From assembly GCA_964016885.1 (NCBI GenBank), contig OZ024743.1, positions 156,736,001 to 156,800,000 on the forward strand: a stretch of DNA of 64,000 nucleotides, read 5' to 3'. Position numbers and translations under genes: made by a program. The notes under the pieces were generated by a model. That model had not been told where the DNA came from. It was given only the letters and a program-made list of their open reading frames with translations, and searched no databases. Below are positions 1 to 13,557 of this stretch, one piece after another (the stretch's first letter is position 1; every line of letters starts with the position of its first letter). Origin of the DNA: Eledone cirrhosa. Its lineage: Eukaryota.

Positions 1-65
1 TTCGAAATCTCGAATTCTAATAGGATCTGTATATTTCATTTCATTATGAATATACAAAAGACAAA

Positions 66-99
66 AGAGAAACAGGGAGATACAGAGAGAGAAAGACAA

Positions 100-164
<65 letters not shown>

Positions 165-180
165 GAGAGAGAGAGAGAGT
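66..180. repeat. (GA)n microsatellite
   Basis: Long GA dinucleotide run; it produces the spurious SLSL ORF 44..283. Confidence 0.95.
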
Positions 181-2384
181 TACTGCTCCACTGAATTGTA
201 AGTGAAATTAATTGAAGGGAGTTAAGGGATAAGAGGTTAATGGAAATTTTATGAGATAATTTTACAATTAGCATGCCATGCATAACATGGATTGAGAAAT
301 AAATCTATTGACATGTATGTGACTGAAACATAAATATATATATTATTTTATTAAATGATAATTTATATATCATGCGTTGGCCTTTATCTCATCGTCTTCT
401 TCCGCGTATTTTTCATATGTTCGATTATGTTATCATGGACCTTAACGGCGAGACAGTGTAGCTTCCTACGACTTACTCCTAACAATAGAATTACGAATTA
501 CCACACTATGGACATCAAGACATGATATTTGAATTTGACTATATCTATTTGGTTGTAGCTACTTTATTTCAATGTAGTACGATTTAATGCAAAACTGATG
601 GACGAAATAAAAACATTGATTCACAAAGTAGTATTTGTATATTGTAAACGATGTAAATTATCTGAAGTCCATTGACAAATTTCATTATCTCTATATATAA
701 AACAGATGTATGTCTGTCTGTGAAACCGCATGCATTTCTACATTTTACAACCGATTTGCACCAAATTCCATACATTATCTATTGAAGTTCACATTAAAAC
801 TGTATTAGTACCTAATAACTTTTCAAGCTTACGTTCGATTTAAACTTTACCGGACACATTGGTTACCCATTGACTAAAGATTATGTTGAAAACACCTGGA
901 ACAAGCAAGGGGACCCCAGGGGGCAGTAATCCCCGGCGAGTCATTTATTGAATTTGGCTATTGTAATGTAACAAACCGTCATAGCTTCGATAATTGGTAG
1001 TCCAGTAAAACGAACTTTGACTTAGTTGTTATTCATGTACTACAGATGAAGATACAGTGAGGCACATTTACTTTCATTTCAATTCTGCAAGAGGACCCTC
1101 CTCAGGGACAATGAGCCCAATTCATTAACCTATAAAAGTTCAAAGTGCCACAATAAAAAGCACTATAACCTCAGGAGTTTATACTTGATTCTTCCAAATA
1201 CTAAACAAAATGGTTTTGCGTGCCATAAGATAAAGCACCACACATTCGTTATCACTTGAATTTTGAAAGGGAACCCCCTAGGGGGGGGGGCGGTGAGCCC
1301 CTTTGGACCACTTTTAAAGTTCATATTATGGTTGCGGCAAAGCATTTCAACTTCTGGAAATAAAAATCAATGTAAATGAAAGTTGACGCATCGGTTACTC
1401 ATGCCCTACAAATAGAGTAGCGAATTTTTAAATCCCACTGACTTAACTTTAGTTTGTTTAGTTAACTTTAGGATGATTGAATTTAATTTTGCACACGGTT
1501 GTCTCCCACGTGTAATTGCACCACAATTAAGTACAGAATGGGGAGTTACATTTTTTTCCTTGAACTTTGGCGTCATTTCACACTCCTAACCAAGAAATCA
1601 CGATTTAACCCAGGTGTAAATGTTAACGCCTACTGTATGTGGATCGTGGTATTTCACACTCATGCCTAAACTGTGCGAATGATTGATTAGTTTTTGCACC
1701 TGGTTGTCTCCCCCGTTTAATCGCACCTCAATTAAGTGCGAAATGGCGACTTCTGTCCAACCACACATCAGTGAGTTGTGTTCAGTAGATTTTATCACAC
1801 TTATTTGTATTATCTAACCTATCAGACAACTCGAGTGTTGTTCATTGAGCGAAATCACTCCTATTTATATCGGTGAAGTCCGACCTAGGATCACACTTCT
1901 TTTTTGGCTTTTGACAAGTGGTAGGTTTTTTTACATAAGTACTCTCATAAGCTACGCCATGTTTCTGAAATGTATGCTTCTTCAACATTTTTCACCTTAA
2001 AAGAGGTTTAGTTAATGTGTTTATGGTCATAAGGTTCCAGTTTATCATGCTGTGATTTTTCGGCCATTTTGGCCTGTTTCCTTTCAATGGTTAGCACTTA
2101 CTTATTGCTATGTTCGAACTGAACAAACATACTGACACTTATATACATCCCACTGTAGCCACACTATTTAATTTCCTTTATCACAGGTAGACCGTACGCT
2201 GCGTTGTCCCTAACTTAAAACCTGAAATTTGACTGGTACACAAAATCTTGCAAAATATACCCACTTTCTTAAACCACATAAATTTATCACAATTTTTCAC
2301 AATTTTTATCCGTGTTTAGATTTGTTTACTTAAACGTTATTTGTCCACTATTTATCGTTCTCCCTGGTTAATTTTCTAAAGACA

Positions 2385-2940
2385 ATGCCCCCAAGAAAAG
2401 AACTTTCATTGGTTAATTATCTGATGATGCAAGTAGGTCTAAGCGACGGCGTCTCACCGAAGATGTAAATGCGACTGCGATAAGGCTCTTACAGTATGGT
2501 ATGCAGACGGCAGCTGCAAGAGTGGAGGAGGATGACAGTCGGCGTGAATTTCGACGGAACAAAGATGCTGCTGCGACTGCTGCTGCTCGCGCTCGAGAGG
2601 ATGAAGGACGACGTGCCGTTCAACGAAGCAAGGACGCCACTGCAATAGCCGCTGCTCACGCGCGAGAGGATGAAGAACGACACGCCGTTCGACGAAGCCG
2701 AGCCGTCACTGCAACAGTCACTGCTCCCGCTCAAGAGGATGAAGGACGACGAACCGTTCGACAAAGCAGGGACGCCGCTGCCACTGCTGCTGCACTAAAT
2801 ACTGAAACCATAGAGCAACGACGTGGTCGACTTCTGCAAAATGAACGGAGGCGATCATCGTTACGTGGCATTTCTAGGACTTGCAATTCACGATGGTTGT
2901 TGAAGGCCTTTAACTACGACCCCTCCTCCGACTACGCTGT
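2385..2940 (+). pseudogene. Helitron RepHel N-terminal remnant (charged repeats)
   Basis: Starts MPPRKRTFIG*, has RAREDEGRR-type repeats and ends at AFNYDPSSDY, the motif that precedes the RepHel zinc finger. It carries an early stop and a frameshift. Confidence 0.7.
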
Positions 2941-2945
2941 GCTAG

Positions 2946-3462
2946 CCTGGAAATCTGCACGTCTACAAGTCCCTTGACTCTCTGGCTGATCCGGACGAAG
3001 TTGTTAATTACCCCACAAAATTTCTTAACCGCCCAGTCCCTCCCGGATTGCCACCACACTTACTGCGACTTAAGAAAGTTGCCTCTGTCATTCTCGAAGG
3101 CTTTCCAAAGGCACGCGTCTTGTCGTCCAAAAGGCAATGCCTCATGTTATTGAGGCAACAATACTTACAGGATGTGGTAAGGGGGATACTGTCTTCATAC
3201 TAAGGATACCTCCCATTCCATCCGGTAAAGACATTCCTATCACATTCAGAAGGCTGCAATTCCCTCTGCGGCTAGTTTCGCCATGTCGGTTAACAAATCT
3301 CAGGGTCAGACGCTGATGGTCGTAGGGCTTAATTTAGAAGGACCATGCTTCTCCCATGGTCAACTATATGATTGCTGCTCTCAAGTGGGGAGCCGACATA
3401 ACCTATTTGCTTTTGCAACTCGCGAAAAAACCCAAAATATAGTCTATAAGGAAGTTTTGTAG
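2946..3462 (+). pseudogene. Helitron PIF1-like helicase C-terminal remnant
   Basis: Translation across frameshifts gives YKSLDS..VNYPTKFLN..PPGLPPHLLRLK, GTRLVV, IEATILTG, FRRLQFPLR, FAMSVNKSQGQTL, PCFSHGQLY and TQNIVYKEVL* (TAG 3460-3462). Confidence 0.9.
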
Positions 3463-3840
3463 GTACGCCATCCGCCAACAAGTAATCGCTCTTTTTTTTT
3501 GTATAAGTGCTTACATATGCTGTATCCGTTTGCTATTTTTATCCTTTTAACAATACCACGTACGCATCTGCGATTGCTTTTGCTATACGTTATACATTTT
3601 CAATGTCTCCGTTTTCCGAATTTATATGTTGCTCTTACGCTTTGCTATCGACGTCCCGTAGTTTTACCCTAATTAATCTATTTTTCCCTACATTTTATTT
3701 ACACATTTTTTTGACATTCCAGCGTGATCTTTCCAAGGCCGTTTTTCTGGCCACCGACTGTTACATGCTTTTCTAGGAAACAATCTCAAATAACAAGCAA
3801 AGCAAATACGACACACCAAAGTGGTGTTAAGGACTTCTTA

Positions 3841-4225
3841 AGGGCCACCACCTCTAATCGGAGTCCTCTTTGCTGACAGCTCTGCCGCTGGGACGTTTAA
3901 GAGTGAAAGATCCAAGGGCCTCTTCAGGGACACCAAGTTTAAATTGTTACCATCGGATTCATCTTTGCTGGCAGCACCAACGCTAAGATATTTCAAAGTG
4001 AACGTTAAAAGGTCCTCTTCAGGGCCACCAAATATAAATTGTTATCGCTGGATTCGTCTTTACTGGCAGCACCGCCGCTGAGACTTTTAAGAGTGACCGA
4101 TTCAAGGCTCTGTTTAGGGCCACCAACTTTAAATTGTTACCATCGGATTCGTCTTTGCTGGCAGCACCGCCGCAGAGATATTTCAAAGTAAACGTTCAAA
4201 GGCCCTCTTTAGAGCTAAAATCTAT
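3841..4225. repeat. ~95-bp minisatellite (about 4 units) in Helitron 3' region
   Basis: AGGGCCACCA-type unit starts at 3841, 3926, 4021, 4116 and 4211. Confidence 0.9.
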
Positions 4226-4889
4226 AAATGGTTACTTCAAATGTTTTGTTTAACGGAAGTATTTCGGTTCATTTGACACGACTACCCCATTGAGAGTTAT
4301 ACCGGGCAACGCCGGGTACCTCTGCTCGTGTTATCTAAAAGTGATGTCAATGAAATACCAAAAATTAAGATTCTATCTGAAGGAGACAGACATTCGGATA
4401 AAATAAATTAATATGAGAAAAATATCAAGGTCTCGTTTGGAAATCCAACCCGATTGCTTGACGTAAGGAAATCAGGGTTGTTTGTTTTGCCTGTTTTTGT
4501 TTGTTTGTGTGTGGGTGTGTGATTTGTCACTTTTGCTCCTGTTTCGTTGATACCTTTATCGATTTTCCATTTTTTTCAAAGGATCTTTTTTGTAATTCTA
4601 CAGAGGGTATGTTAGATTTATTTTCTAGCTGCATATATTTATGTTAATTATAATCTTTACATAGTATATATTTCACCATGTACTTTAAATGTAGTTTTTG
4701 TTTTTCTTGTGTTTCCCTCTAGTCTTGCTGGCTTATTTTGCATCAGGCTATTTTTTTTATAACTTTAACTCACTGACATAGTATTGAAGATGTTACCGTA
4801 TTACATGTATTTAGATATGTTTATGTATCAATCTAATTCAATAATATTCCTCATTATCCTCTTTTATTATTTGTGTATTTTGCAGTATA

Positions 4890-5076
4890 GGTGGATTGGC
4901 TGTATCGGTAGAGGGTCGGACGCCATGCTTTCCAGCATAGTTACGTCCCTTTACGATCTGAGTTCAAATCCCGCCGAGGTTGACTTTGCCTTTCATCCTT
5001 ACAGGGTCGATAAAATAAAGTACCAGTCATGCACTGGGTGATTGCAGGCCTTTGGGCTTAAGTAGAAACAATTATT
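4890..5076 (+). mobile_element. tRNA-derived SINE (Nin/Deu-like core), copy 1
   Basis: A-box-like TGGCTGTATCGG, B-box GAGTTCAAATCC, core GCCTTTCATCC..GGGTCGATAAA and tail GTAGAAACAATTATT. A ~27-bp TSD sits at 4866-4892 and 5071-5097 (2 mismatches). Confidence 0.9.
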
Positions 5077-5925
5077 TGTGTATTTTGCCATATAGGTAAT
5101 TCATTTATAAATATTTCTAAGCCTTTGTTTCTCATTTTCTTACCTTCGTTACATTACCCTATTCATTTTGCAATATATTAGTGATTTTACTTAATTCTTC
5201 TTTCGTTCTTCCTGCCTTGTCGCATTTGTGCAATCCGACTCTAATATCAATTCGTCTTTCAAATTTATGTGCTTTCTTCGATAGTGTTTCCAGTTTTAAA
5301 TCGCCGGCTAATTTTTCCATACAAAAGTGATGATTCACTGCTCTTCTATAGCATTGTAGAGCTCAATATATATATGGAAGTTAACGCAACGAACAAGAGA
5401 ATGATGTTATGGTGTTTCTAGGTGTGTTAGGCCTATATATTTCTACTATTCCTGATTTATTTCACTTCGTCACCTTTTTACAAATCGTAATATATATGAA
5501 GTTCTTTTGTGTAGATATGTCCTACCTGTTATAAGTTTATGCAAGAGCACACGCTGTATGGAACGTAATTCTTTAAGAATATCAAGTAATCATTACGTTT
5601 CGAAATTCATAGGTTCGTAATTTTTTTTCAAACATTTTTTAGTAGATTGTATTTCTTCAGCGATATATTTCAGGTAATACAAATTCATTGTAAGATTCTC
5701 CTTTATTTCTCACGCAAGTTTGTTAAGTGTATAATCAGCTCGTGTAAGGCAGTGCATACGTCAAATGTCATATTCCCACGTGTAATTTGCTTCATTCATT
5801 CAAATGAAACATGTTAGAAATTGTAATGCAAAATTTTGACGTGCAGAATAATATATTTTAATCCATATATTTCAGGAAATATCTACACAAACACTCCTTC
5901 TCATGATCATTCTCCCTCCCTATAA

Positions 5926-5948
5926 ATATGTGTGTGAGTGTGTGTGTA

Positions 5949-6011
<63 letters not shown>
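5926..6011. repeat. (TG)n/(CA)n/(TA)n compound microsatellite
   Basis: Read directly; left flank of the PLE insertion. Confidence 0.95.
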
Positions 6012-6012
<1 letters not shown>

Positions 6013-6140
6013 CCTAAACATCGAGTGCTCTCACGGGTGAACCTGCAGTAACTCCTAGTTACACCTCCTGGATATTTAGCTCCTTTCTTTGTCGAGCGCT
6101 TACCTGGAACAGCATGTAATTGTTCTACAACACTTCCCCC

Positions 6141-8669
6141 TTAAAGGACATTCCTATACCTTCGGAAGATGTCTAAATGGACTTATTACTAAAGCAGACT
6201 AATAATTTCATCAGGAGGATCCGTTGGAGGGCCTACCACTACAACAACAGGAGGGCCCCTGGATCAATTGACAATCCCACCAACCACATAAAATGACTTT
6301 TTAAATCTACGAAAAACCAACCGCACAACCCACTCCTTGAGGAGTTTGAGAGCAGGACCATTACCATGGTCCGGACAATTAGATTCAGGAAACCACCGCG
6401 AAACCCTGACAGAAGTGCATTCCTGTCTGGTCTCGCCTCAACCATAAAAAAGATCAAGAATAGCACTGGCATTATCGTACCAGCTAATAAAACAGGAAAC
6501 CTATACAATTTGGAGTACAAAACCTACAACAAATGCATTACAAACGAAATCGCTAAAATATACAAAACATCAACACGAGAAAAGCTAGCACACATGAACA
6601 AACAGGCGAAAACAATAATGACCGAATTGATTATTAACGACAGGACCTATCCTTACAATCCTAGGACACCGAGACTATCCATTAAAGATCATAAACCGGA
6701 CTTCCAGTCAAAACTAACGGTCAGGCTCATAGCTCCTTCCGAATCGGACCTAGGTAGACTTAGCAAATCAATCATTGACCGAATTATACCTGAACTTAAG
6801 ATTAGAACTAAACTCAGCCTATGGCCTTGTACGAAGGAGGTAATAGACTGGTTTTGTGCCATTGAATCTAAGTCGAATGTTCGATTAGTCCAATTGCACA
6901 TTACGAACTACTACGCATCGATATCCCCAATCATCCTTAACAAGGCACTGATCTCAGCCATGAACAGATCAAGCCTCACTAGAAAAGAAGTGGACATAAT
7001 AATAACAGCTAGGAAAACTTTACTAGAATTCGACGGAAGATTGTGGGAACGACAGAATAGACGAGATAGCTTCGACATCACCATGGGATCGACTGACTCC
7101 GCACAGGTTACAGATGTAGTAGGCATATACCTCCTAAATATATTATCAGACGAGATCCCCTCCTTGGGCGGTGGCTTATACCGGGATGATGCCCTACTAT
7201 TGACCCGTGGACTTAATAATAGCCAATTAAATAGACTACACAAATGACTTAGGTACATACTTAAGACCCAAGGTTTAGCAGTAGAAATCGAACCAAACAA
7301 TAGGACAGTTATCTTTTTGGATGTCACCCTAGAATTAGACTCAGGCCTCTACCGTCCATAGCACAAACCTAATGAAAATCTTATATACGTCAATAGACAC
7401 TCCAACCACCCTAGGAGCATAATTAACTCAATAGTTAAAAGCGTCTCCAACAGAGTGTCCATTCTGTCGACTAATGAAAACATCTTCAAGCAGCACGCGG
7501 AATACAACGACTCTGCACTTATAAACGCTGGTTATACTGAGAAGATTTCTTACATCGACCCAAATAGAACCGTAACACCACTAAACATAACCGGACCCTT
7601 AGAAACGAACATAGAAGAAATCTCCACACCTAGGACAAACAATAACCTAAGACCCTCCCTAGCCGGCAGTGCAGACAGCACCACACATAACTGTTTAAAA
7701 GATAAAGCCATACTCTCCAACCCCAATAACGACTCCGACTATCGCACACGTTTGCAGCCCAATATAGACAAAGGATATAACGCCAATAGATTACTTGAAA
7801 CCACTATGAAACATACACCTGACCAAAACACATACAAACTACCACCCAACCACAGAAACCTCACTAAACACCGCATAAACCGAAGTAGACCTGTCACATG
7901 GTATAACGCCCCCTATTCTATACACGTCGCCACTCACATACCGGGAACCTTCTTCAGGGCTCCCGAACAATCTTTCCCACGCACACACAAATACCACAAT
8001 CTCTTCAATAGACACACCGTAAAATTCTCTTTCTCCACAGCACCAAACCTAGGCCACACAATAGCACACACTAATAGGGCAAAAATACGAAAACACATGG
8101 TTTCCCCGCAACAAACCACCACCACAACCGAGAACGAAACCACACCAACATCACAACACAACAACCCACACATCACAACCACACCGCATGACACCAACCG
8201 CCAACGTGCAACCACACCGGTTACACCCAACTGCAACTGCAAAAAACGGGCCGAATGCCAACTTAACGGGGAGTGCCTCGTTAAGAATATTGTTTATCGG
8301 TGTGATGTTACAGCTGGCAATAAGGAGTACTCATTTATAGGTGCGAATATCCACTACGTTTAAGGAGCGCTGGTATAACCACAGAATCTCCTTCAAACAT
8401 AGACTGAAACGACCCCAAACCAAACTGGCCGACTTGATATGGCACCTCAAGGACAGGAATATTGAACCCCAGATTTCGTGGTCAGTGAAAAGACACGTGA
8501 CAGAAACGACAGCAGATTATGGCTGGCTGAGGCGGCGGAAATAATTGAATTAAAATCCGCCATAAACTATAGGTCGGACATAATTTTCAATTGCAGACAC
8601 ACCAGGATGAACACTTTTTCTGCACAAACATTCGGGGGAAGGCCACGCACTTACCATGACCCACCATAA
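6141..8669 (+). pseudogene. PLE reverse transcriptase / GIY-YIG endonuclease, disrupted
   Basis: Motifs LKDIPIP..FIRRIRWRA..FKS, PANKTGNLY, KDHKPDF, FDITMGS, GGLYRDD (YRDD 7179-7190), FLDVTL, YVNRHSNHP, WYNAPYS, CNC..C..GEC..IVY..FIG, FKERWYNH and INYRSD..CRH. Stops at 6174, 6294, 7245 and 7359; frameshifts near 8345 and 8495. Confidence 0.9.
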
Positions 8670-9615
8670 TAATAACCACATCTGCTTCGTATCACCATCG
8701 CCCATCTCAACGAATTTATTAATTTTAATTTTAATTTTAATTTTAATTTTAATTTAATTTTATTTTACTTTATCTTATTTTATTATATTGAATGTAACCA
8801 TCTGTAAGCCCGTATTTTGTATATCATGCCGCATACATCACCCACACCAAAAATTACACTAACCATGAACCAGCATATTACTAACCACCTCCTCCCCGTC
8901 TCACCATCGCCCATCTCAGTGAACTTATTGTATTGTACTGCATGTAACCATTTCTAAGCCCGCATTTGTATATCATACCGCATACATCACCCCCACCAAA
9001 ATTCACATCACCATACACCCCTCATCGTTGCAACATCGTATTAGATCGATGTCCTATAATAGGTTTTACCTTACAATCCATAATAACAAGGGATCTTTTA
9101 AATACAATGTCGATCATATCACACCATCGCCAATACCACCACACCACACATCGTCATATGTCTACCATACAAACGTACAACCTTATCCCCCCCATGCTCC
9201 CTCTGTCTACCATAACCTACAACCCCACGCTAAATTCGATCCTGTAAATGTACTGTCGCACGCACACACAACCACATACTTAAACAATCATTAACATTAT
9301 TAGCATCACCAACACATATCATCCCTCGCTCACAGATCGACTATCTTACCCTGTAACACATCGTAACTTCTGATCATGTAATCATCTTGTCGAACATATC
9401 ACCCCAGTACCATCACCACCACCATGACCACAACACACATCGCCATACGTCCATAAACTCTTCTCCCAGCGTTACCTATTTCACCTTTTAACCGGTAACC
9501 AATCGCACCATTCGATCTTATATATATTTTTGTCGCTCACAACTCCACCACCACAAGACACAACTCCATACTTCATCAACACCGCCATCACATACATCCA
9601 CTCCCCAACCAACGA

Positions 9616-9714
9616 ATGTGTGTTTGTCTGTGTGTAAGTATTTTTTACATATACGGGCATATAGATATGCGTGTGTATGCATATTTATATGTATATATAT
9701 ATGTGTATGTGCAC

Positions 9715-9745
<31 letters not shown>

Positions 9746-10280
9746 TGTGTATGTGTGTATGTATGTGTATGTATGTGTGTGTGTATGTGTATGTCTACAT
9801 ATATGTATATAGGTGAATCTGAGTGTATGTGTACGTGAGCTCGTATATGTGCATGTATGTGAATATGTGCGTGTGTGTGTGTGTCTGTATATATGTGTAT
9901 GCATATATATGTGTGAGTATACGTGTGTGTGAGTGTGTAAATGTATATGTTGTATACTAGCGTGTGCGTGCATGTGCCATATCCATATATGCGTGTATGA
10001 GTATATGCATGTGTATGTATATATGTATAATACCTTCTCCATTGCCTCTCACCTTCCTTCCATCTTTGTTCCTCGCCACCCCCACCGATACTTCCCCACT
10101 CTCCATATTTGTGACCGCATGCGCGCATGCACATACATGTGTGTACATATACATATGGCTGTGTATGATCGTTTGTCGATATGTAAGGGCAAGGGTGTGC
10201 GTAAGTGTTTTTTGTTGTGTGTGTTTATACAACAATATATGTGCACATATATACATGTGTGTGTGTATACGTATATACAA
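9616..10280. repeat. Degenerate (TG)/(TA) low-complexity tract inside PLE 3' region
   Basis: Read directly; source of many spurious HT/YI/CV ORFs. Confidence 0.9.
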
Positions 10281-10721
10281 CGCATTTGTCAGACGAAGAG
10301 CGTCTAGCTATGTGTCTCCGTAAGGACTTTTATCACCAATACATCCACCACACCACCACAAACGCCACTACCATAAACAACAACACCACTACCACACCCC
10401 ACACTCACGGCAACCCGTCTACTGACAATCCACTAACCTCATACCATAGCCCATCCCAGTAAGCGACCATAACCACCATCATATCATCACATCAGCCGCC
10501 ACATACTCTACACGCCAAGGCCAACCCGCCACCACTATACCACAGCCCATCTCATCCACCGACCGTCACCAACATCTCACCATCACATCCACCCCCATGT
10601 ACACTACAGGCCAGTACATCGCCTTGATCCTTCCCACCAATCAAAACAACTCATTTTGTCAAACTCTTGAAACTCTGTCTTTACCACATAGCATGTATTT
10701 CATTTTCTTATAGCATTTTAA

Positions 10722-10810
10722 GAGGGTCCGTCGAGCTGCTGATTATTGAGTCGGGTAGGATCGATATAGATCGAACCTTGAGCTGATCAGTGGCGAAACG
10801 CGCGTCACCT
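10722..10810 (+). ncRNA. Degenerate type I hammerhead ribozyme (PLE pLTR)
   Basis: GGGT-CCGTCGA (mutated CUGANGA), stem II GCTGCTGATTA/TGATCAGTGGC, then GAAA-CGCGCG-TC-ACCT with a palindromic stem III. Confidence 0.6.
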
Positions 10811-10954
10811 ATCAATGAAGGAATAATCAATCGTCCTTGTTATCCTTTCAATATATTACACTCTGTATAGCTCTACACCTCATCACAGAAGTGAACCTAA
10901 ACATCGAGTGCTCTCACGGGTGAACCTGCAGTAACTCCTAGTTACACCCCCTGG

Positions 10955-11045
<91 letters not shown>

Positions 11046-11060
11046 CATACATATATATAT
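10955..11060. repeat. (TA)n microsatellite
   Basis: Read directly; right flank of the PLE. Confidence 0.95.
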
Positions 11061-11635
11061 AAGAATTAAAATACTAGAGTGTGTTGGAGTTAAACACCCT
11101 CTTAATAGGACGAAACATTGTTGGCTAATAAAGACTTTTGATGTATTGAAGGCTTCTTTGGTTTATTTTCATAATGCATATATATATATATACATACATG
11201 CATATTTATATATATGTGTGTGTGCGTGCGTGTGTGTATACTTTGAATACACATTTAGAGAGATGGATGTGAGTGTACTAGATATAATTCTAGAATGAAA
11301 TGAAATAATTTCACCATAATAATGTTTTGTTATGATATGGGAAATATTATTCGAACATGTGAAACATCACTGTAGTAATTCCTCCGAATTAGTAAAGTGA
11401 GAAAATATCAGAACTTATAATTGAAACATAAGCGGAATACAATGGGTAGTGAATCTGATATCTTGATACGTTTTTGTCTCATTACACTTAAGCGAAACAC
11501 AGTTTAACTTTTATTACAAATCATATGTAATTAGAAAAAGTGTATAGAATTGTTGTGAGTGATCAATAAGTCGTATCTGTTAAAAGCCTGTAACTATAAC
11601 TGCTTCTTATGACACAATTGGTAAATATTATTTGA

Positions 11636-11808
11636 TGGCAGTATCGGTAGAGGGTCGGACGCCATGCTTTCCAGCATAGTTACGTCCCTTTACGATCTGA
11701 GTTCAAATCCCGCCGAGGTTGAATTTGCCTTTCATCCTTACGGGGTCGATAAAATAAAGTACCACTGGGTATTTGCTGGCCTTGTGCCTAAAGTAGAAAC
11801 ACTTATTT
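11636..11808 (+). mobile_element. tRNA-derived SINE, copy 2
   Basis: Near-identical to copy 1; TSD TTATTTGAT at 11628-11636 and 11803-11811. Confidence 0.9.
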
Positions 11809-13443
11809 GATATAATCTAATATAGAGAAACATAGCATTTTGTGAGAAGACCCATTCATCAACTTACTAAATAACAGTAATGAAAAACGTGGGTGAAAAC
11901 AAACATTAACTAATATTAATTAAAATTAAAGTGCCAGGATGGTGTGAGCCTCTTTTCACTATAGGTATAATTTATTGGCTGACCACATATGTTTGTTTTT
12001 TTTTAAATTTAACATTTATGCTTCTGTATTGGAATGTATTAACACATCACCAGGCTAGTCGATTCAGCAGACATTTCCATCGGAATTAAACACATACCAT
12101 GTTCATTTTTTATTTCCGCTTTTACGTATTTTTGTGCCAACGAAATTTAAATTTATGAAAATTAATAAGAAGCGTGTGAAATATCTTAAGGTCGTAGGTG
12201 AACTTTGCTGTGGTAATTTCAATTATACATCTAGAAAGACAGACCAGATATAATTTAATTTCCTACCCGGCATTCGTTATCTATATTGGCTTACCCCGTC
12301 TCTCCCTCTCACTTTCTCTCCCTCCCTCTCTCTCTCTATCTGCCCCCCTCTCTCTACCCTTCGCCTTCTCTGACATTACTGGTTGAACGTTTTAATATTG
12401 TAGATATAAATGTAAGTAATTGATTTCTAATCAACATCCCATGCCATATGACGTTTAACTTGTTCAATCGGCGAATCAGGATTATGTTCTCTCAGCATGA
12501 ACCTAATGGAAACAAAATATCCATGTTTTAACTGAAGCTTTTGCCACACATTACAGCCATTATTAATTCAAATTGCATGGTAGTAAAACGTATCAAAAAT
12601 CGGATAACATTTCACGCTGATTCGAACATATATTACGTCAACACAGTTGATAGGATTGTAAGACTTCAATATAATCACCAGATCAAATATTTGTTTGTAT
12701 TACATTATTTGCAAAACGTGCTATATTACAGTATAATTATTCAGAATGATAATGCTATTAAGTAGTACACTAACTACACTTAATATGAAAGTTCCTAGAT
12801 GGATAGAAGAATCAGTGGACAGATGTATGTAATTATCAATAATCTACTTGTCTGCAGGATCAGTAGTTTACATCCTGGTAATGCCACAGCATCGTGGCGT
12901 TGTCCAAGACTATAAATAGATTTACGAATCATTCAGCCTATGGTAAACACGCCATATCCAGTGTATGTACAGGTTACATATAGCCATTCCTTAGATATAT
13001 TTCACGAAGCTTTACTTCAACGGGGGTGTATATAAGGCAGGTATCATCAAAGCTATTTCAAAATCCACATATCAGAATAATTTCCATTGCCATCAAAACC
13101 AAATTTCAAATGAATATATTGAAGATATCTTGTTACACTTCACTATAGATTTGCTGAAATCAAATCACCAATGAGTAGTAGATTCGAAGTATTGGAAAGG
13201 TAATTGAGAAAAGAATTGCATTACTTTGTTAGGCTAAATCCCGCTGTGCTCAATTTTGATGTTCATCATTTCCATTCATAAAAAGAAAAGAAAAGAATAA
13301 CGGTTGAAATAACCAACTATATCCATCCTTAAAGTTTGAGCATTGTACTTATTTTATCAATCAATATTAACCGTGCAAATTTGAGACATATATGTACTGG
13401 ACTTAGAGACCTGGCTGAAAGTCCCATCTTTTCCAACGTGTAA

Positions 13444-13557
13444 TCTTCTTCTTCTTCTTCTTCTTCTTCTTCTTCTTCTTCTTCTTCTTCTTCTTCTTCT
13501 TCTTCTTCTTCTTCTTCTTCTTCTTCTTCTTCTTCTTCTTCTTCTTCTTCTTCTTCT
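13444..13557. repeat. (TCT)n microsatellite
   Basis: Perfect trinucleotide run; explains the poly-E and poly-R ORFs. Confidence 0.97.

Larger units (their letters stand above)
688..4328 (+). mobile_element. Helitron, internally deleted (non-autonomous)
   Basis: The 5' end TCTCTATATATAAAAC..GTCTGTCTGT follows an A at 687. There is a 3' hairpin TACCGGGC-AAC-GCCGGGTA (4300-4318), then CTGCTCG|T (variant of CTAG), with no TSD. RepHel remnants lie inside. Confidence 0.85.
6012..10958 (+). mobile_element. Penelope-like retroelement, Naiad-like, near full length
   Basis: RT plus C-terminal GIY-YIG reading frame, a 64-bp direct terminal repeat (6012-6075 = 10895-10958), an HHR remnant near the 3' end and (TA)n on both sides. 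Confidence 0.9.

Noticed and set aside
6294-7247. In-frame TGA codons at 6294 and 7245 as selenocysteine
   Set aside because: They are not at Cys positions, and the same frame has TAA and TAG stops and frameshifts, so this is ordinary decay.
9518-10462. Cluster of overlapping 60-174 aa ORFs
   Set aside because: These are translations of TG/TA low-complexity DNA. The same applies to the [12 protein letters not shown] and ERER ORFs across the window.
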